64,000 bases of DNA from the human T2T-CHM13v2.0 reference genome, Homo sapiens (GCF_009914755.1 NC_060925.1); one strand, 5' to 3'; shown: positions 13,211-26,939, counted from the stretch's first letter. Notes: generated by a model not told the origin, from the sequence alone. Numbers and translations: made by a program.

Positions 13211-13599
13211 ACCATTATAATTTTTATGCATGTACCGTACGCCTTTGCTATACTGTAAGCTCAATGAGGAATGGACTTCTGCACAAAAGTGGTGTTCAAT
13301 AAGCATTTGTTGAATATATAATTGAATGAATGAGCTACTCCATCACACAGATGGGTAATCATACCAAAAACTATGAGTTGTCACAGACGCAGGGGACAAG
13401 CTGGAAAATTAGGTTAGAAATAAATATCAGAGCCGATAGGACAGAATACACTCCTGGAGACCAGGATGAAGTTGCAGACTCCATAGACCAGTCAAACAGA
13501 CAGACCTATGCTGGGTACAGAAAGAGGGAAAATAATTTATTTTCTTATGCCTTAGGCACAGTGTTAGGCACTTTTAAATTCATAATTCTCCTCCCCAGA

Positions 13600-13603
<4 letters not shown>

Positions 13604-13647
<44 letters not shown>
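13604..13647. repeat. (GT)22 microsatellite
   Basis: Direct read. Confidence 0.98.
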
Positions 13648-13648
<1 letters not shown>

Positions 13649-14370
13649 TGGCTCCCGCTCACCTGTCCAGCCCTGATCTTAAGACACTCTCACCTGCCTT
13701 GCTCTTTTCCAGTCTGGCTTCTTTTCAGTTTCTAGAAAACTCCGAGCTTCCTCTCCTATTCGTGCTTTGCATATCTGTTTCTTCTGCCTGGAAGCTTTTT
13801 CTACCATCCCTCCTCCTGGCTGGCCCCTCCTACTTGTCCGCCAGGTCTCTGCTCAAATGTCACTCTGTCAGGGAAGCCTATTCTCACTTTTGTCATATCG
13901 CTCAGCTCCCCAGAAAGTATACGATTAGCACGTATACTTTTCCTTAAAAAGCTCTTACTGCAATAGCAATTTAATTTCTGTGTTATTCTTTGATTAATGA
14001 TAATCTCCCTACTAGATTATAAACTCCAAAAGGGTGCTGACTGTGTCTAGCTTATGTCTGGATTCTCCAGTATCTAGCCAGTGTCTGGCACTTAGAGGGC
14101 TGGTAATAGTTGTTCTCTGAACTAAAAATTCTAGACCTTCATGATTGACTTTCCTTTGTGCCACCACCTCCAAGAAGTCTTCCCTGTTTCTCCTAGGCGC
14201 TCCCTCCTGCTCCGCATCCCTCTGTCCTTAATTCTATTATGCCACTTAACCCTGTTGAACCCTCCTGACTTCCCTTCTAGACTGTGCTCTCCTAAAGCTC
14301 AGTTTACCTTTAGGCTCTCAGCACCTGCACAGGTGTCAGACACATAGAACACACTAACAAATGTTAGCTT
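13648..14370 (+). mobile_element. L2 LINE remnants (two adjacent 3' segments)
   Basis: tctgctcaaatgtcac, ctagattataaactcc, tctggcacttag; ctagactgtgctctcct, acacatag. Confidence 0.65.
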
Positions 14371-14425
14371 GACATATGTTAATCACATGTTGATATATGA
14401 TTAAAGATAAGTGAGGAATAAATAA

Positions 14426-14763
<338 letters not shown>

Positions 14764-15205
14764 GAGAGTTTCTTACCATGAGGCAGTCTTTTAAATGAAA
14801 CTAACTAATGGCATGTTCTCTATGATAATTCAGTAATTAATCTCCCCTTGAGAGGATCTAAGGTAGAAACATCTTACACTGAATTACAGTCAGTAGTGTA
14901 ACAGAGAGGGCCTGGTATATATGTGTGGATGTGTATGTAATATATCATATATATTTTTTCTTTCTAAAAAAACTTACAAAAATAAAGAAAATGTCAAAGC
15001 CTTTTAAAGGGCGCGATCACGCTGAGTAATACAACCCTTCCTTGATTTTTACATTATTTCAGTATGAGATGTTTTTATGGCTCTTGCTAAAAATAAAAGA
15101 CATTTCAGAGTTTCTCAGTAAATGAAGCACTGCAGACTTTTCAGTTTTGTTGTTTCCCCTAAATTAATATAATTAATTAAAATCCAATGCTAGTCTGATT
15201 TACAA

Positions 15206-15228
15206 TCTGTGAGTCAATGAGTCACAGA
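15206..15228. promoter_or_regulatory. Tandem AP-1 sites (TGAGTCA x2) in a near-palindrome
   Basis: tctg-TGAGTCA-a-TGAGTCA-caga (15210-15216, 15218-15224) in sequence with no recognisable repeat. Confidence 0.5.
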
Positions 15229-18011
15229 ATCTTATGCTAATAGGGCAGTTCAGCTTTCTGAGCTCTCAGTAATAAACTTCATCCCAGGAAAGGGCCAAGA
15301 AGAACAAGGGAGACAGGGAGACCCAGAGAGAAAGACTCTTTTCACCTGGCCATAATATATTTATATTGTGCTTGGAATAGAAGAGTCTGAAAATAATTTG
15401 GAAAGACAACTGCTTTTATCAAGTGTAAGAAATTAGTTTAACCGAATTTAAATGCAATTATAGGAGCAGCTGGTGAAGGCTAATTTCTGTTCAGTCTGCT
15501 TTCTCAGGAACCGCACCCCCATTCTGTTCCCTGGGAAAGGATCAAGTTCCAAGCTTTACATCACTAATGCCAACCCTTATAGGCTGGTCTTGGCCTGGGG
15601 TCAGTGCTCAGAGCCACACGCATTAGCCCTCTCCTAGTGTTTACTTCATTTGCTCCTCCCGCTTCCTTTGAAGGAGAGTCCAGGTGTGAGCATGATGCGG
15701 ACAAATACTGTTGAAAGGCCCCAGTCCCTCTAGGGTCCGTTCTCATGGGCATCATTGCCTCCATTGCATCCAGGGTTCTTCTGGTTCATGACAGTGGATT
15801 CCTATGTGATGAGGAAAACTGTTGACTTCAAGAACTGGCGAGTTCTTAAATGTCATCTGCCTGGGCCAAACCACTCACTTTATGGTTGAGAATGAAACCC
15901 TTGAGAGGGAGGTATTTCGCCTGCCAGTCCAGCGTTTCTTCCATCACACAACATAACCCCGCCTCTAAAGTGTCAGGCCGGTTGCCTCCAGATGGGGTTA
16001 AAAATCATTCCCCTCCCATGTGGGTCAATGTTCATGCCTGTAAGGCCACCTTGAATGTGACAAACTGTAGACACAAGTGTTCAGGCCTTTTTACTTGATG
16101 CTGTCCTTCTTAAAATATCAATCCTTCTAGAATGTGTGAGACTTCTTATTTATTCCCCAGTAAAGATGAACTTAGAGAGTTATTTATAGGAGAATGATAC
16201 TGGAAAGCTGGGAAGGCTTTTAGGAGGTAGGGCAAGGAAGAAAGATGAATAAGCTGGAGGAATCCCAAGGTAAACTCACTTTAGAGCTTGGCTTGGCCGG
16301 TCCTACTCCTGAACCCTTATCAAGTGATCCCCAAGGCACTGGGGGTGCCTGTGAAGTTGTCATAGCCTCCTGGGGATCCTCTGCTCCAGCTCTGAACTGG
16401 TGGCTCAGGCTAGCCCTGGGATTTCTTTCCTCATGTGCAATCTTCCTGGAACCTCAGCTATCAGAAACACCAAGCAAGACTTCTTATCCCTCAGAAAATC
16501 CCCAGATGAGACATCCAGCCTCAGGCCCGGGAGTGCCCAAACAGGTTGTAGTGTTCTTTGCTGCTTGAATGTGGGCCTCCCACCAGCAGCCTGAAATTGC
16601 CTGGCATTGGCTGAAAATGCAAATCCCTGCCTGCCCGGGCCCTACTGACTTGCGTCTGAGCTTCTAAGCTCCCTGAGTGGTGGAAGTGGCCGTTAGTGCT
16701 TGAGAAGCACGGTCCCAGTCCATCTTTGGCCTCCAGGCAATTCCACACTGAACCTACAGGAATCTTGAGTCCCACACAACCTTTCTGGAAACTCTCACTG
16801 ATTGTCATTAGGTAACTCGCTGTCAGGACTGGGTGACGGTGGTCTGGGAGAAGGTGCAGGGTAGACAGGCATTCCTGTTTTGCTATTCCTTCCTCCACCT
16901 CTAGGCCAGTGAAAACCCTTTGGCCTATCCCAAGTGCCTTCTTGCCAGCTGGACTTCCCCTGCCCATCTCCTACCTGCCCTCCAAGCCAGGGAGGATAGG
17001 ATGAGACAGCACAGAGTTTGACTTCCCAGGACCCAAGAACCACCTTATTCCAGATTTCCTCTAAGCCCTGAAATTCAAAGAGGGAAAGCAGATGAATATG
17101 AGCATGAATGGCAGATTGGTGAGGAAGAGAAATCACAACAGAACAGACTGTGAAAGGGGAGTCAGAGGGGAAGAGGTGGGAGGGGAGGAGCACGAAGGAG
17201 AAGACAGGGCATGCTGAATGGGGGAAATGCGAACATCCAGAGGGTATAGCACCTTCCTCTCTCTCTCCTGAGACCATAGTTGCCTCCTTGAGGCTCTTCT
17301 CCTGCCCTCTCAATATACCAGGTAGTGCTGCCAGGTCCACTGCCAGACAGCTTCAGGGGGCAGCTGGCGTGACCCAGAGCCAGGTTCTGAGAGCCACCAG
17401 CAGCTGCCCAGCAGACAGCACTCTCCAAGACATCCCCTGGCTGACCCCCGCCTTCACCTCACCCCACCTGACCTCTGTGTTCACCCTTCTTCCGTTTTGA
17501 GGTGAGGTCTTTCTGCCCATTCTCTCCCACGTGCCTGGGCACCTCCCCGGGTTCAGAACCTGTGGCCACTTTCCTAGCAGCACACACATATGAGGATGCT
17601 CGGGTGTGTGCACGTGGGACATGCCCCACTGCTGCCCTGCCACGGGCACTCGCTTTTGCACCCCGGCCCAGCTCGGAAGACTCCTTATGCTCCTGCAGCT
17701 GTCTCATCTCCAGAGTCTTAGCTCCTTCCTGCCCCTTCTAATTCTCCTTAGCCCCAAGCAGGATAACCCCCAGGGGGACCTCAGATTGTCCCCGCTTTGT
17801 CCCCCCAGCATGATTCCTGGACTGATGAACGTCTTATAACGGTTCTTCACCTTAGGCCCCCAAGTCAGCATTAATCCTCCAAATGCCTGAAGATGTGTTT
17901 GTGAAAAACAATAACTGATCTCACAGGACTAAGGATCAAGACTCTTCCCCTAAGCCACAGTTCCCAATCTCATTCTTGAAGGTCTGTTGCCTCAACTTGG
18001 AGTTCAGCTCA

Positions 18012-18567
<556 letters not shown>

Positions 18568-20987
18568 CTATTTATAGCACCTGCCAGTCACTGAGAAGTA
18601 ACATGGCTGTTGAGGAGTGGTTAAAAAAAAAAAGGAGGTGGGCTGTGGGCCTTTGATCTTGAAGGACTTTTTAACTATATGGCAGAGCTCACCTGGTTCA
18701 AGCCACCAAGCCCTATTCCCAGGCTAGAGTAACTAGCCAGCCTCTGTTGAATGCTTCTGTTATTTTAAGACCTTAACCCCCAACCTATTCTTTTCTAGGC
18801 TACTATTTTTATAGAAAATTGTCCTTCTTTGTAAAGCCATTTTGTTCAACCTCTGCTAAATCTATTGCTGTTAACATTCTTTAAATAAGCAGCACACAAG
18901 AAAACAGACAGGTGAGGGAAAGGGGACAGAGCTGGGCCTGGGGTAAGGATGGAGTTAGAGTCTGCAGAACAACACGGAGACCCTCAGGGTCAGGTGAAAG
19001 GTTCAGCAGGAAAACAAACTTCAAGTTCAGCCCTCAAAGGCCTGAAGGCAGCCAAGCTTCTGCACAGGACTGGACAGGAGAGCCCTTTAGGACCAAACAA
19101 GAAAAAGTTTTCTTTTCTGGGGATCAACTTGCAGCTCAGCTCATGTGAAGGCTGTTCACCGAGGTGTCTCAGCCAGGTGGTGGATTTCTCCTGTTGTCCT
19201 GTAACTTGGCTTGAAGCGGAAGATGACCCGTGTCACCTGGCGCCCTGATAACAGAGATTAAATTCCAGCAAAAAGTGCCCATGCCTAGGTTGGCCATTAC
19301 CATGCCCAGCAGGCTGCTCCCTGCCATCTGGCCACCTTAGAGAGATCACAGCCGCTCTGCTCCTCGCCCACCTGGCTTCAGCTGCCTCCCAACCACAGTG
19401 ACAGGGACAGCGTGGCCAACACTGGGCACAAACTGGGCTCTGATTTACCTGCTTTCCTGCTCCGGGGATTCTGGGACCAGGTCCCCCAGTGCTGTTGTGC
19501 CCCAGTTTTCCACAGAATTAATGTCCCTGTCCCTTGGGGTAAGCAATCTTTTAACATTATTTACAAATATTGAAACATTCACGGCTCAAGTGCATTTGTG
19601 GCATTCAGAGCACTAACATTTGCTGGAGGACCTCCGTAGAGATTTCCTAAAGTATTAAGTACAGAAAATAAGTACTAGATACAGGGCATGTCAGGGGAAA
19701 GTGTGCACACCCTGTAGACATTTAGATGGTCTCGTGTTACTATTACAAAGAGGAGATCCAGAAAAATATCAGCCAGAAGCCCTGGGCAGCAAACAATCTG
19801 ACATAATATTGCTATGTTTCTTAAAAGGGGATTTTAAATATGGCCGGGTAATAGCTTGTGATATTTCTACAAATCTGAGCACTTCATCTATTGGTCTGTT
19901 TACACATTGGCTTATTTCACTAGTGAATTATAAGAATATACATACTAAAATGCAAAAATATATAGAGATACATGCAAAAGCAGAGACAGCACATTTAGAA
20001 CAGCAGGAAAAATCTGTCATCAGATACGTGGATCCCAGGGTTGGTTACTCAGAGAAATACAGTTGAGTCACAAAGAACACGGATGCTTAAACTGGTTGAG
20101 GCTGGATGGTCTCTGAACGCGGTCCTCACCAGTGTTGGCGGCATTAATCAATGCCCGCGTGAGCATGGCACTGGCTTTGCATGGAGTAAGCTGCGCTCTT
20201 GCCTTCCAGAAGCTCAAGAGGTTTGGGGTAAAGAAAGGGGATTTCTCCTTTGGGCTCTGGTGCAAACAGGCACTGACATAAATGATTTTGGGGAAAAAAA
20301 GGCTGAGGTCAGCAGGCGGTTTGTCTGAGGTCAGAGGCTGGATACAGGTGGGATCCCAATGGCCAGTGACATCTGTGCCACGGTCTCCTCCACTGCCTAC
20401 GCTCATAGCCTGTGGCCATTTGTCCCGTCCACAGCCCACTTGTCGCTACTCAGGTTGGACTGCACAGGCCGTCCCTGAGGACCTGCCCAGGCCTACACAG
20501 AGCAGCCTGCAACAAACCTCTCCTTTCCTAAGTAGCTCCTTTCCCCCTCGCCCTCGTCCCTAAAATGTTCAGCATTGGTAGCACATACAGAGGTTAAAGC
20601 AGATCCTATTTTAAAGCTTAATAACAACTTGCTAAGTATCTGCATGAATTTGTCCATCTGATGAATTGATTTGAAAACTGGCCCCGAGAGACAAGTTCAG
20701 TGGCTGATGAGAAGGAGAAGCACCCTGAAGCAAGGACCAAATCCTCCCACAGTGAGGCTTTTGGATCTCCAGAAGCCATCCCAGGACCCCTGGAACCTTG
20801 GGAAAGGGAATTATGAAAACCAGAATAGGGAAGAAGGGAAGGGAAGGTTTTCTTTCTTCCTAATTGAGCTAACACTGATGTGTTGATGACTAAGACCCCT
20901 AGATAAATTTTTGTCATGCCTTAAGCAAAGTTAATACTGTTCTGTTTTGTATTCATGCACTTAATTTGCTTTTCCCGAGTAAAAATA

Positions 20988-21067
20988 TTAGGTTGGTGCA
21001 AAAGTAATTCCGGTTTTTGCCATTAATTTCGATGGCAAACGTTGCAATTACTTTAGCATCAGCCTAA
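20988..21067. mobile_element. MADE1 (Hsmar1-derived MITE), 80 bp
   Basis: ttaggttggtgcaaaagtaatt...aattactttagcatcagcctaa inverted repeats with TA duplication at 20986-87 and 21068-69. Confidence 0.92.
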
Positions 21068-21544
21068 TAGCTTAGATTTGGTTTTGGCAACGATGGAAAG
21101 AAATAAATTGCATTTCGGCACCCAGCTTCACCCTGGATTTCCTTTTGTGAATCCCCACTCTTAAGCACCCAAAGGTCTTATATTGTCCGTTGAATATTCA
21201 ATGTCTTCCTATAATAGACTTTAAAAGGGTTGTTATTTTTCCCTATCTCAATAGCAATCAATTAAAATAGCTAAATGTGACTTCCAATCTGCCTTTACAA
21301 ACATAATACAGAGAATAAAATTTCTATACTTTTCTAGCTGATATTTAGTTATTTTAGACACTCAATTTAATACTAGAATTTCATTAGTCAGAATTTTTCT
21401 TTGTGAGTCAAAATCCTGATGTAAAGTTCTACCCCAGCTCTGTCCCAAAGTTGGGAACTTCAAGGCTTCTTGGCATCAAGTTCTAGTTGGGAGTTTTCAT
21501 CCCTCCTTGGGTCCCGCTCCAGCAGACCCAGGGCTGAGGGGTAC

Positions 21545-21730
21545 ACAGGCTTTGTTACCAGACACAGCTGGGCTTGAATTCTGGCACAAGCAGTTACTGT
21601 CTCTGAACTTTGATTTTCTCATTTGCAAAAAGATGTTCGTAACACCTACTTCACAGGCATTTTATATGTATTAAGTAAAATAACAAACATGAAAAGTTCA
21701 GCAGGGTGCCTGGCAGTCAGTAATTGAGAT
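21545..21730 (+). mobile_element. MIR SINE
   Basis: ctctgaactttgattttctcatttgcaaaa...acctacttcacagg core. Confidence 0.7.
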
Positions 21731-22052
21731 GGTCGTCACCATCACCAATTTCACATTCTCTTCATTTTCCCAATCATCACTATTCTTAAAATTCATCCAA
21801 GATCAGGCCATGTTTTTCCTTTAAGTTTCTCATCACCCGGGGAAGGATGGCCCTGTAGGAAGGTGATGAGATGTGAGTTACATCCCGGCTGCCAGTCCTG
21901 CTTCTGCCACCTTGGGCAGTTTGCTTGGCTGCTGCAAGCCCCATTGCTTGGTCTATAAAGCGGGGCAACAGCTATCTCCACATGCAGCAGCCGAGAGGGC
22001 CCATATGGCCATGTGTACCATGTGTCTAGGTTTACTAAAGATCGGTTTCTCA

Positions 22053-22354
<302 letters not shown>

Positions 22355-24017
22355 GATTGGTTTCTCTACCCTTCCTCATTTCTTCTTTCCCTGTGATAAA
22401 ATAATAGAAGCAAAAACATCCAAATGAGATGCCACACATCCACCTAAAAACCGTGCAATGGCAAAGGCAAAATATTTAGTCTCATTTCATCAGACTCTAT
22501 TCTCTTTGGGCTTTGCTAGTTCACAATAGGTATTAATCACTTAATCATACGCGCTAATTTATACTCATCTGTTAATCAGTTAATGACTCTTCCCTGAGCA
22601 TTTACATAATGTCCTTTGCCAGAAAAAAACGCACAGTCTCCCGGAGGCTCCTAGGAAGTGCCTCTTAGATGAGCCTGCTGTATCCGGTGACAGAGACCAC
22701 CTTGCGGTGAATTTCAGCCCCTACAGCAGCCTGCCCTGCCTGTGCCTGGGAAAGGGTCGGCTTGGCTGGAGATCCCCGTTTGTTCACACATGCCTGCCTA
22801 GTTGCCTGCCCTTTCTTGTCTGGGCTTCTTCCCGTGCCCAGATGCACAGCACAATATACTCCCTTGCTACAGTTAATGCAAAGCTAGACTTGTGTGCTAT
22901 TCACAGGCTGGGGTGGGATGAGGAGATAGCAAACAGGTGGAAGGCTTTATCCTCCAAACCTGGATACTCCTGCCTATGACAAAGGCAAGGCAGGACAGTG
23001 TGACATTGGGACAACTGGCATAAATCGGCATGGACAATTACTCCAGCAAGGAGGAGCATGTATAATGTAAAGTCTATATTCCTTGTAGAACGACTCTGAG
23101 AATCAAGTTTAATGACTGGTTGCTGTTGCACATTGTGACGAAGACATTCATGGAAATGCCTCCTTGGGACTCAGAGTGCCCATTGGCACACTGTTATTGA
23201 TTGTACAGCCATGTCACTATCTGCACAGTGTTGCACTGTTTCAATGCTATGGACATGTCGCTATCTGTTGAATAGCAACACGGCTTTGGTCAGTCACTGG
23301 GGAAGGTGTAGAAACCCTTTCTATGATGGAGACTGGCTCAGTCCATTATCCCATAAGCTCAGTTTCTAGAAAACTGTTCTGGAAATAAGTCACATCATGT
23401 TTTGAAGGAGGAGAGGCAGATGGAATCTAAAAGAAGGCAGGTCAAAGACTGACAGAGGCCAGGGAATGATTGCCAAGAAATGTGCCTGAACCTCTCAGAT
23501 GTTAAGTGATTCTGCTGATATTAAAACAGAAACTGCACATGAGTGCTGGGGCTTGGATATTTGGCTACAACAAACATTTGGGAAAAGCATCAGCCACAGC
23601 AGCCATGGAAGGAAAGTATTGCGTGTCTGTGCGGAATGATGGTGAGGTGAGGTAACTCAGCAAATGCTGTAAGATGGGTTTGGATTGGGAAGGCCAAAGA
23701 CTTCTACAGCCAGGTCAGATCCTGAAGGGTTAATTCAGGGTTTCACATTGTCCTTAAATTTGGTGCTGCTGCTACTGCTGCTCTTTTGGAGGCCACAGAG
23801 AAGGTAGACAAGGGTCTGGTGTGGCCTCCAGTAGTCTCCAGCACACTGGCTTGGAATGCAGGCTTTGGGTTCCAAGTATGGACGTCTCCATAACTAACCA
23901 TCTGGTCAGTGTTCATCACGCTAGTGTGGGATGCAGACAGAGAACATACTTAGAGGCAGAATCGATAATCTGGCAAAGAGAAAGAAGTTCACAGCTTTAC
24001 AAATGAGCTCCTTAGCA

Positions 24018-24450
24018 TTAATTAATTTATTCATTAATTCAACAATAATTTAGTAAGGGTGTATTATGTGACAAGCAATGAGAAAAGCTTGGTTGGAAGA
24101 TGGAGGTTATAAAGATATATAAAGCTATACTCCTTCCCATCTGTTTATGAAATCTATACTGGGTAAGCCGTGCAGACATCTAATTAGAATACAACGTTAA
24201 TAAATACTATTTTTGTAGGTGTGTACAGAGCATTACAGAACTGTCGAGGAATATGCAGTTGTCTGAGGAATTCCATTACGGCTTCACAGAGGAAACAGCA
24301 TTAAGGCTAAGTCTTTTTTGTTTGCTTTTTGTTTTAATTTAGTGAGAGCAAGTTTATTAAGAAAGTACAAGAATAGAGAATGGCTACTCCATAGGCAGAG
24401 CAGCCAAGGCTAAGTCTTGAAGGGTGACGGGGAATTTTTAAAAGAATAGG
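24018..24450 (-). mobile_element. L2 LINE remnant interrupted by a small insertion
   Basis: ttcattaattcaacaa...; ggcttcacagaggaaacagcattaaggctaagtcttgaagg is reconstituted after removing 24316-24418. Confidence 0.65.
24316..24405 (-). mobile_element. Polyadenylated retrocopy of an ERV1-type LTR R region (65 nt plus A-rich tail)
   Basis: Minus strand GGCTGCTCTGCCTATGGAGTAGCCATTC...AATAAACTTGCTCTCACT plus tail; exact 13-bp TSD aaggctaagtctt at 24303-24315 and 24406-24418. Confidence 0.85.
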
Positions 24451-24464
24451 AAAAGAAGAATGTG

Positions 24465-24640
24465 ACAGTCTTTAGAATCAGACAGACCTACATCCTAGCG
24501 CTAGGTCTACCTAATTGTATAATCTTGTGTTCACTATTTAGCCTTGGCGGGGGGAGGGGCTCTGTTTCTCCATCTGGAAAATGGAAATAATAATGCCTAC
24601 CTTGCAGAATTGTTACAAGAATTAGATATAACCTATATTC
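24465..24640 (+). mobile_element. MIR SINE
   Basis: ctgtttctccatctggaaaatggaaataataatgcctaccttgcagaattgtt. Confidence 0.75.
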
Positions 24641-24860
24641 AATGTTTGGCAAAGGAAAGGGCACAAAATCAGTGATGATTTTATTAAATTTACCAGCTGG
24701 GGCTATGAGGAAGGGCATGCAAGATAGAAGACACACTGTGTGTAAAACAGAGACTTGTGGAAAGAAATGGTGCATGTAGGCAACAGAAAGTAGACTGTAG
24801 ACATTGAGAGGAGTAAATAATAGGAGATGAGGCTGGACAGATGGACTGGGGTCAGTTACA

Positions 24861-24871
24861 ATGAGTCAGCA
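24861..24871 (+). promoter_or_regulatory. Consensus ARE/MARE-like motif (NRF2/BACH-sMAF)
   Basis: ATGAGTCAGCA fits RTGASTCAGCA. Confidence 0.35.
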
Positions 24872-25844
24872 CCATCTTTGGTGAAGACAGGCCAGTATCT
24901 TTCAGCTTTACCCAAAATTGCCATGCCCAAGGGCCCTTTGCCAGTCTGCTTTCACAGGTGGTTTCAGCTCACTCTTCTTCCTTCTTCCTCCTCTCCACCC
25001 ACTCCACCCCTCTCCATCCATCAAACTCCGAGAGTCACCACACCATCTTCAGGAAGCTCCTATCTTCAGCTCAGCCATATGACACCCCTCCTGATTGTTT
25101 AGCAGCCACGTCTATTTAGAGATCCATTGAAAGTCATTTCTATCATTTCTCCTGCAGGTGCATTTTGTGCTAAGAATACCCAACAACAAAAATCCAAGCA
25201 CACAAAGAAACGTCAGAGAGATCTTGACACACCAAGGATCCTCTAGTCTTTAACTTCAGTCTCTTAGGAATTAATTGAAATGATGACAGCACCAACCTCA
25301 CAGGATTAAATGAGATAGTTATGTGAAGCACAGAATAAGCATTCAAACATATTAGACGCTGTTTGTACCATTATGATAATTAGCTTCATAAAATAATTTT
25401 ACTCAATACTTCTGAGTGCTTACTAGGTGCAAGGTATCAAAGAATTCCTTCATAGACACATAATTTACCTAGACTTTTCAGGCAGATAAACTCTGCATAG
25501 AAGAAAGCACAAACATATGGGAGCAATGCAATTTAATCAGCACCTAATTAGCCAAACTATTTAAAATAGACCTCACTATTTTGATGATGAAAACATTCTC
25601 ACTTCTAAATGCCGGAAGCTGTGTCTTCCCGTAATTCTCTCCCTTGGAAAACTGTGAGCAGAGGGACTCTTGGCTCATTGCTGAAGCTTCCTCTCCATTA
25701 CATTTAGACCTCATCGGTTCTAGTCATTTCCTTTCTTTGTCATTAGATGAGGCGAGGGCCACTTCTGCCATCTCTCCTCAATCCACCATGTTTCCCTGGT
25801 GGTGACTGCTCTGTGTGTGGATGGGTGTGCCTGAGGTCATAATT

Positions 25845-26060
25845 ATAAAAGCTAATATTCATCATGAAGACTTACTCCATGGCAGAGACTGTTTAAGCAT
25901 TTCATGTTCAATCTTCTTAACAACCCTATGAAATTCATACCACCAGTATCTCCATTTACTGGAAGAAACAAAAGTTCTCAGCGGTTAAGTAACCTGCCGA
26001 ATGTTCCCAGCTGGTAGGGAATACAGCCAAGACCCACATGCAGGCAGTCTGCTTCTAGCT
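25845..26060 (-). mobile_element. MIR SINE
   Basis: aatcttcttaacaaccctatga...ctccatttact...ggttaagtaacctgcc. Confidence 0.75.
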
Positions 26061-26261
26061 TCCCTAAGAGTTAGCAAATCCAAGAGTGGAAACCTTGGAG
26101 ATATAATAGAGTCAGTTGCTGTGAATTAAGCCAATTCTTACATTTTGTCTCCCAGTTAACCCAAAGCTTCTCTTACAGAGTCTAAAACAACCCTACTTTC
26201 AGATAGCCCAACAGTAAAATTATGGACCCCTAAGCTAAATGTTCAGTAATAGATTTCTCTA

Positions 26262-26401
26262 GGCCAGGCATGGTGGCTCATGCCTTTAATCCCAGCACTT
26301 TGGGAGGCCAAGGCAGGAGAATCACTTAAGGTGAGGACTTCAGACCAGCCTTGGCAACATAGCAAGACCCTATCTCTAAAAAAAAAAAGAAAGAAAGAAA
26401 A
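26262..26401 (+). mobile_element. FLAM_C-like Alu monomer
   Basis: Single left-type monomer ending gcaagaccctatctct plus A/GAAA tail. Confidence 0.85.
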
Positions 26402-26677
26402 GTTCTCTCTAAACAGATAACTGACAAAAATCTGTTATGACAAAAAGGCTAGAGAAACTTAAAACTGGAAGTAAAAGAGACTTTGAAGTCTTTGAAGGTG
26501 AATCAAAAAGGAAAAATGCTGTAAACACAGGGAGAGTTTGCCAACTGAGACCAAAGTGCAGGAAGGTCAGCTGGAAAGCTGTACAGAGGAGTCAGGCGTT
26601 CAACAAACAATTGGATTAGATGATTTCTAAGGACCTTCCTAAACCCTCAGAAGCCATTATTCAGGGGGTAATTCCAT

Positions 26678-26873
26678 ATATATTACTTTAAGTTCTAGGG
26701 TACATGTGCACAACGTGCAGGTTTGTTACATATGTATACGTGTGCCATGTTGGTGTGCTGCACCCATTAACTCGTCATAAAACACTTGGACACAGGAAGG
26801 GGAACATCACACACCGGGGCCTGTTGTGGGGTGAGGGGAGTGGGGAGGGATGGCATTAGGAGATATACCTAGC
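26678..26873 (-). mobile_element. Short L1PA 3' end with 5' inversion (twin priming)
   Basis: 26678-26778 is the antisense extreme 3' end; 26779-26873 is the immediately upstream L1 segment in sense; flanked by gtaattccat at 26668-26677 and 26874-26883. Confidence 0.9.
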
Positions 26874-26939
26874 GTAATTCCATTTTTTAAACTCCCAGCC
26901 TCAATGCTTTCAGTTTCATGAACTAAGTCGCAGCAGGTC

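Noticed and set aside
13330-13947. 205-aa ORF
   Set aside because: It runs through a (GT)22 repeat (VCVC) and an L2 remnant, with no recognisable domain.
22528-22610. HNF1/homeodomain-like TAAT cluster
   Set aside because: Only half-sites are present, with no full GTTAATNATTAAC. Short TAAT motifs are common in AT-rich DNA.
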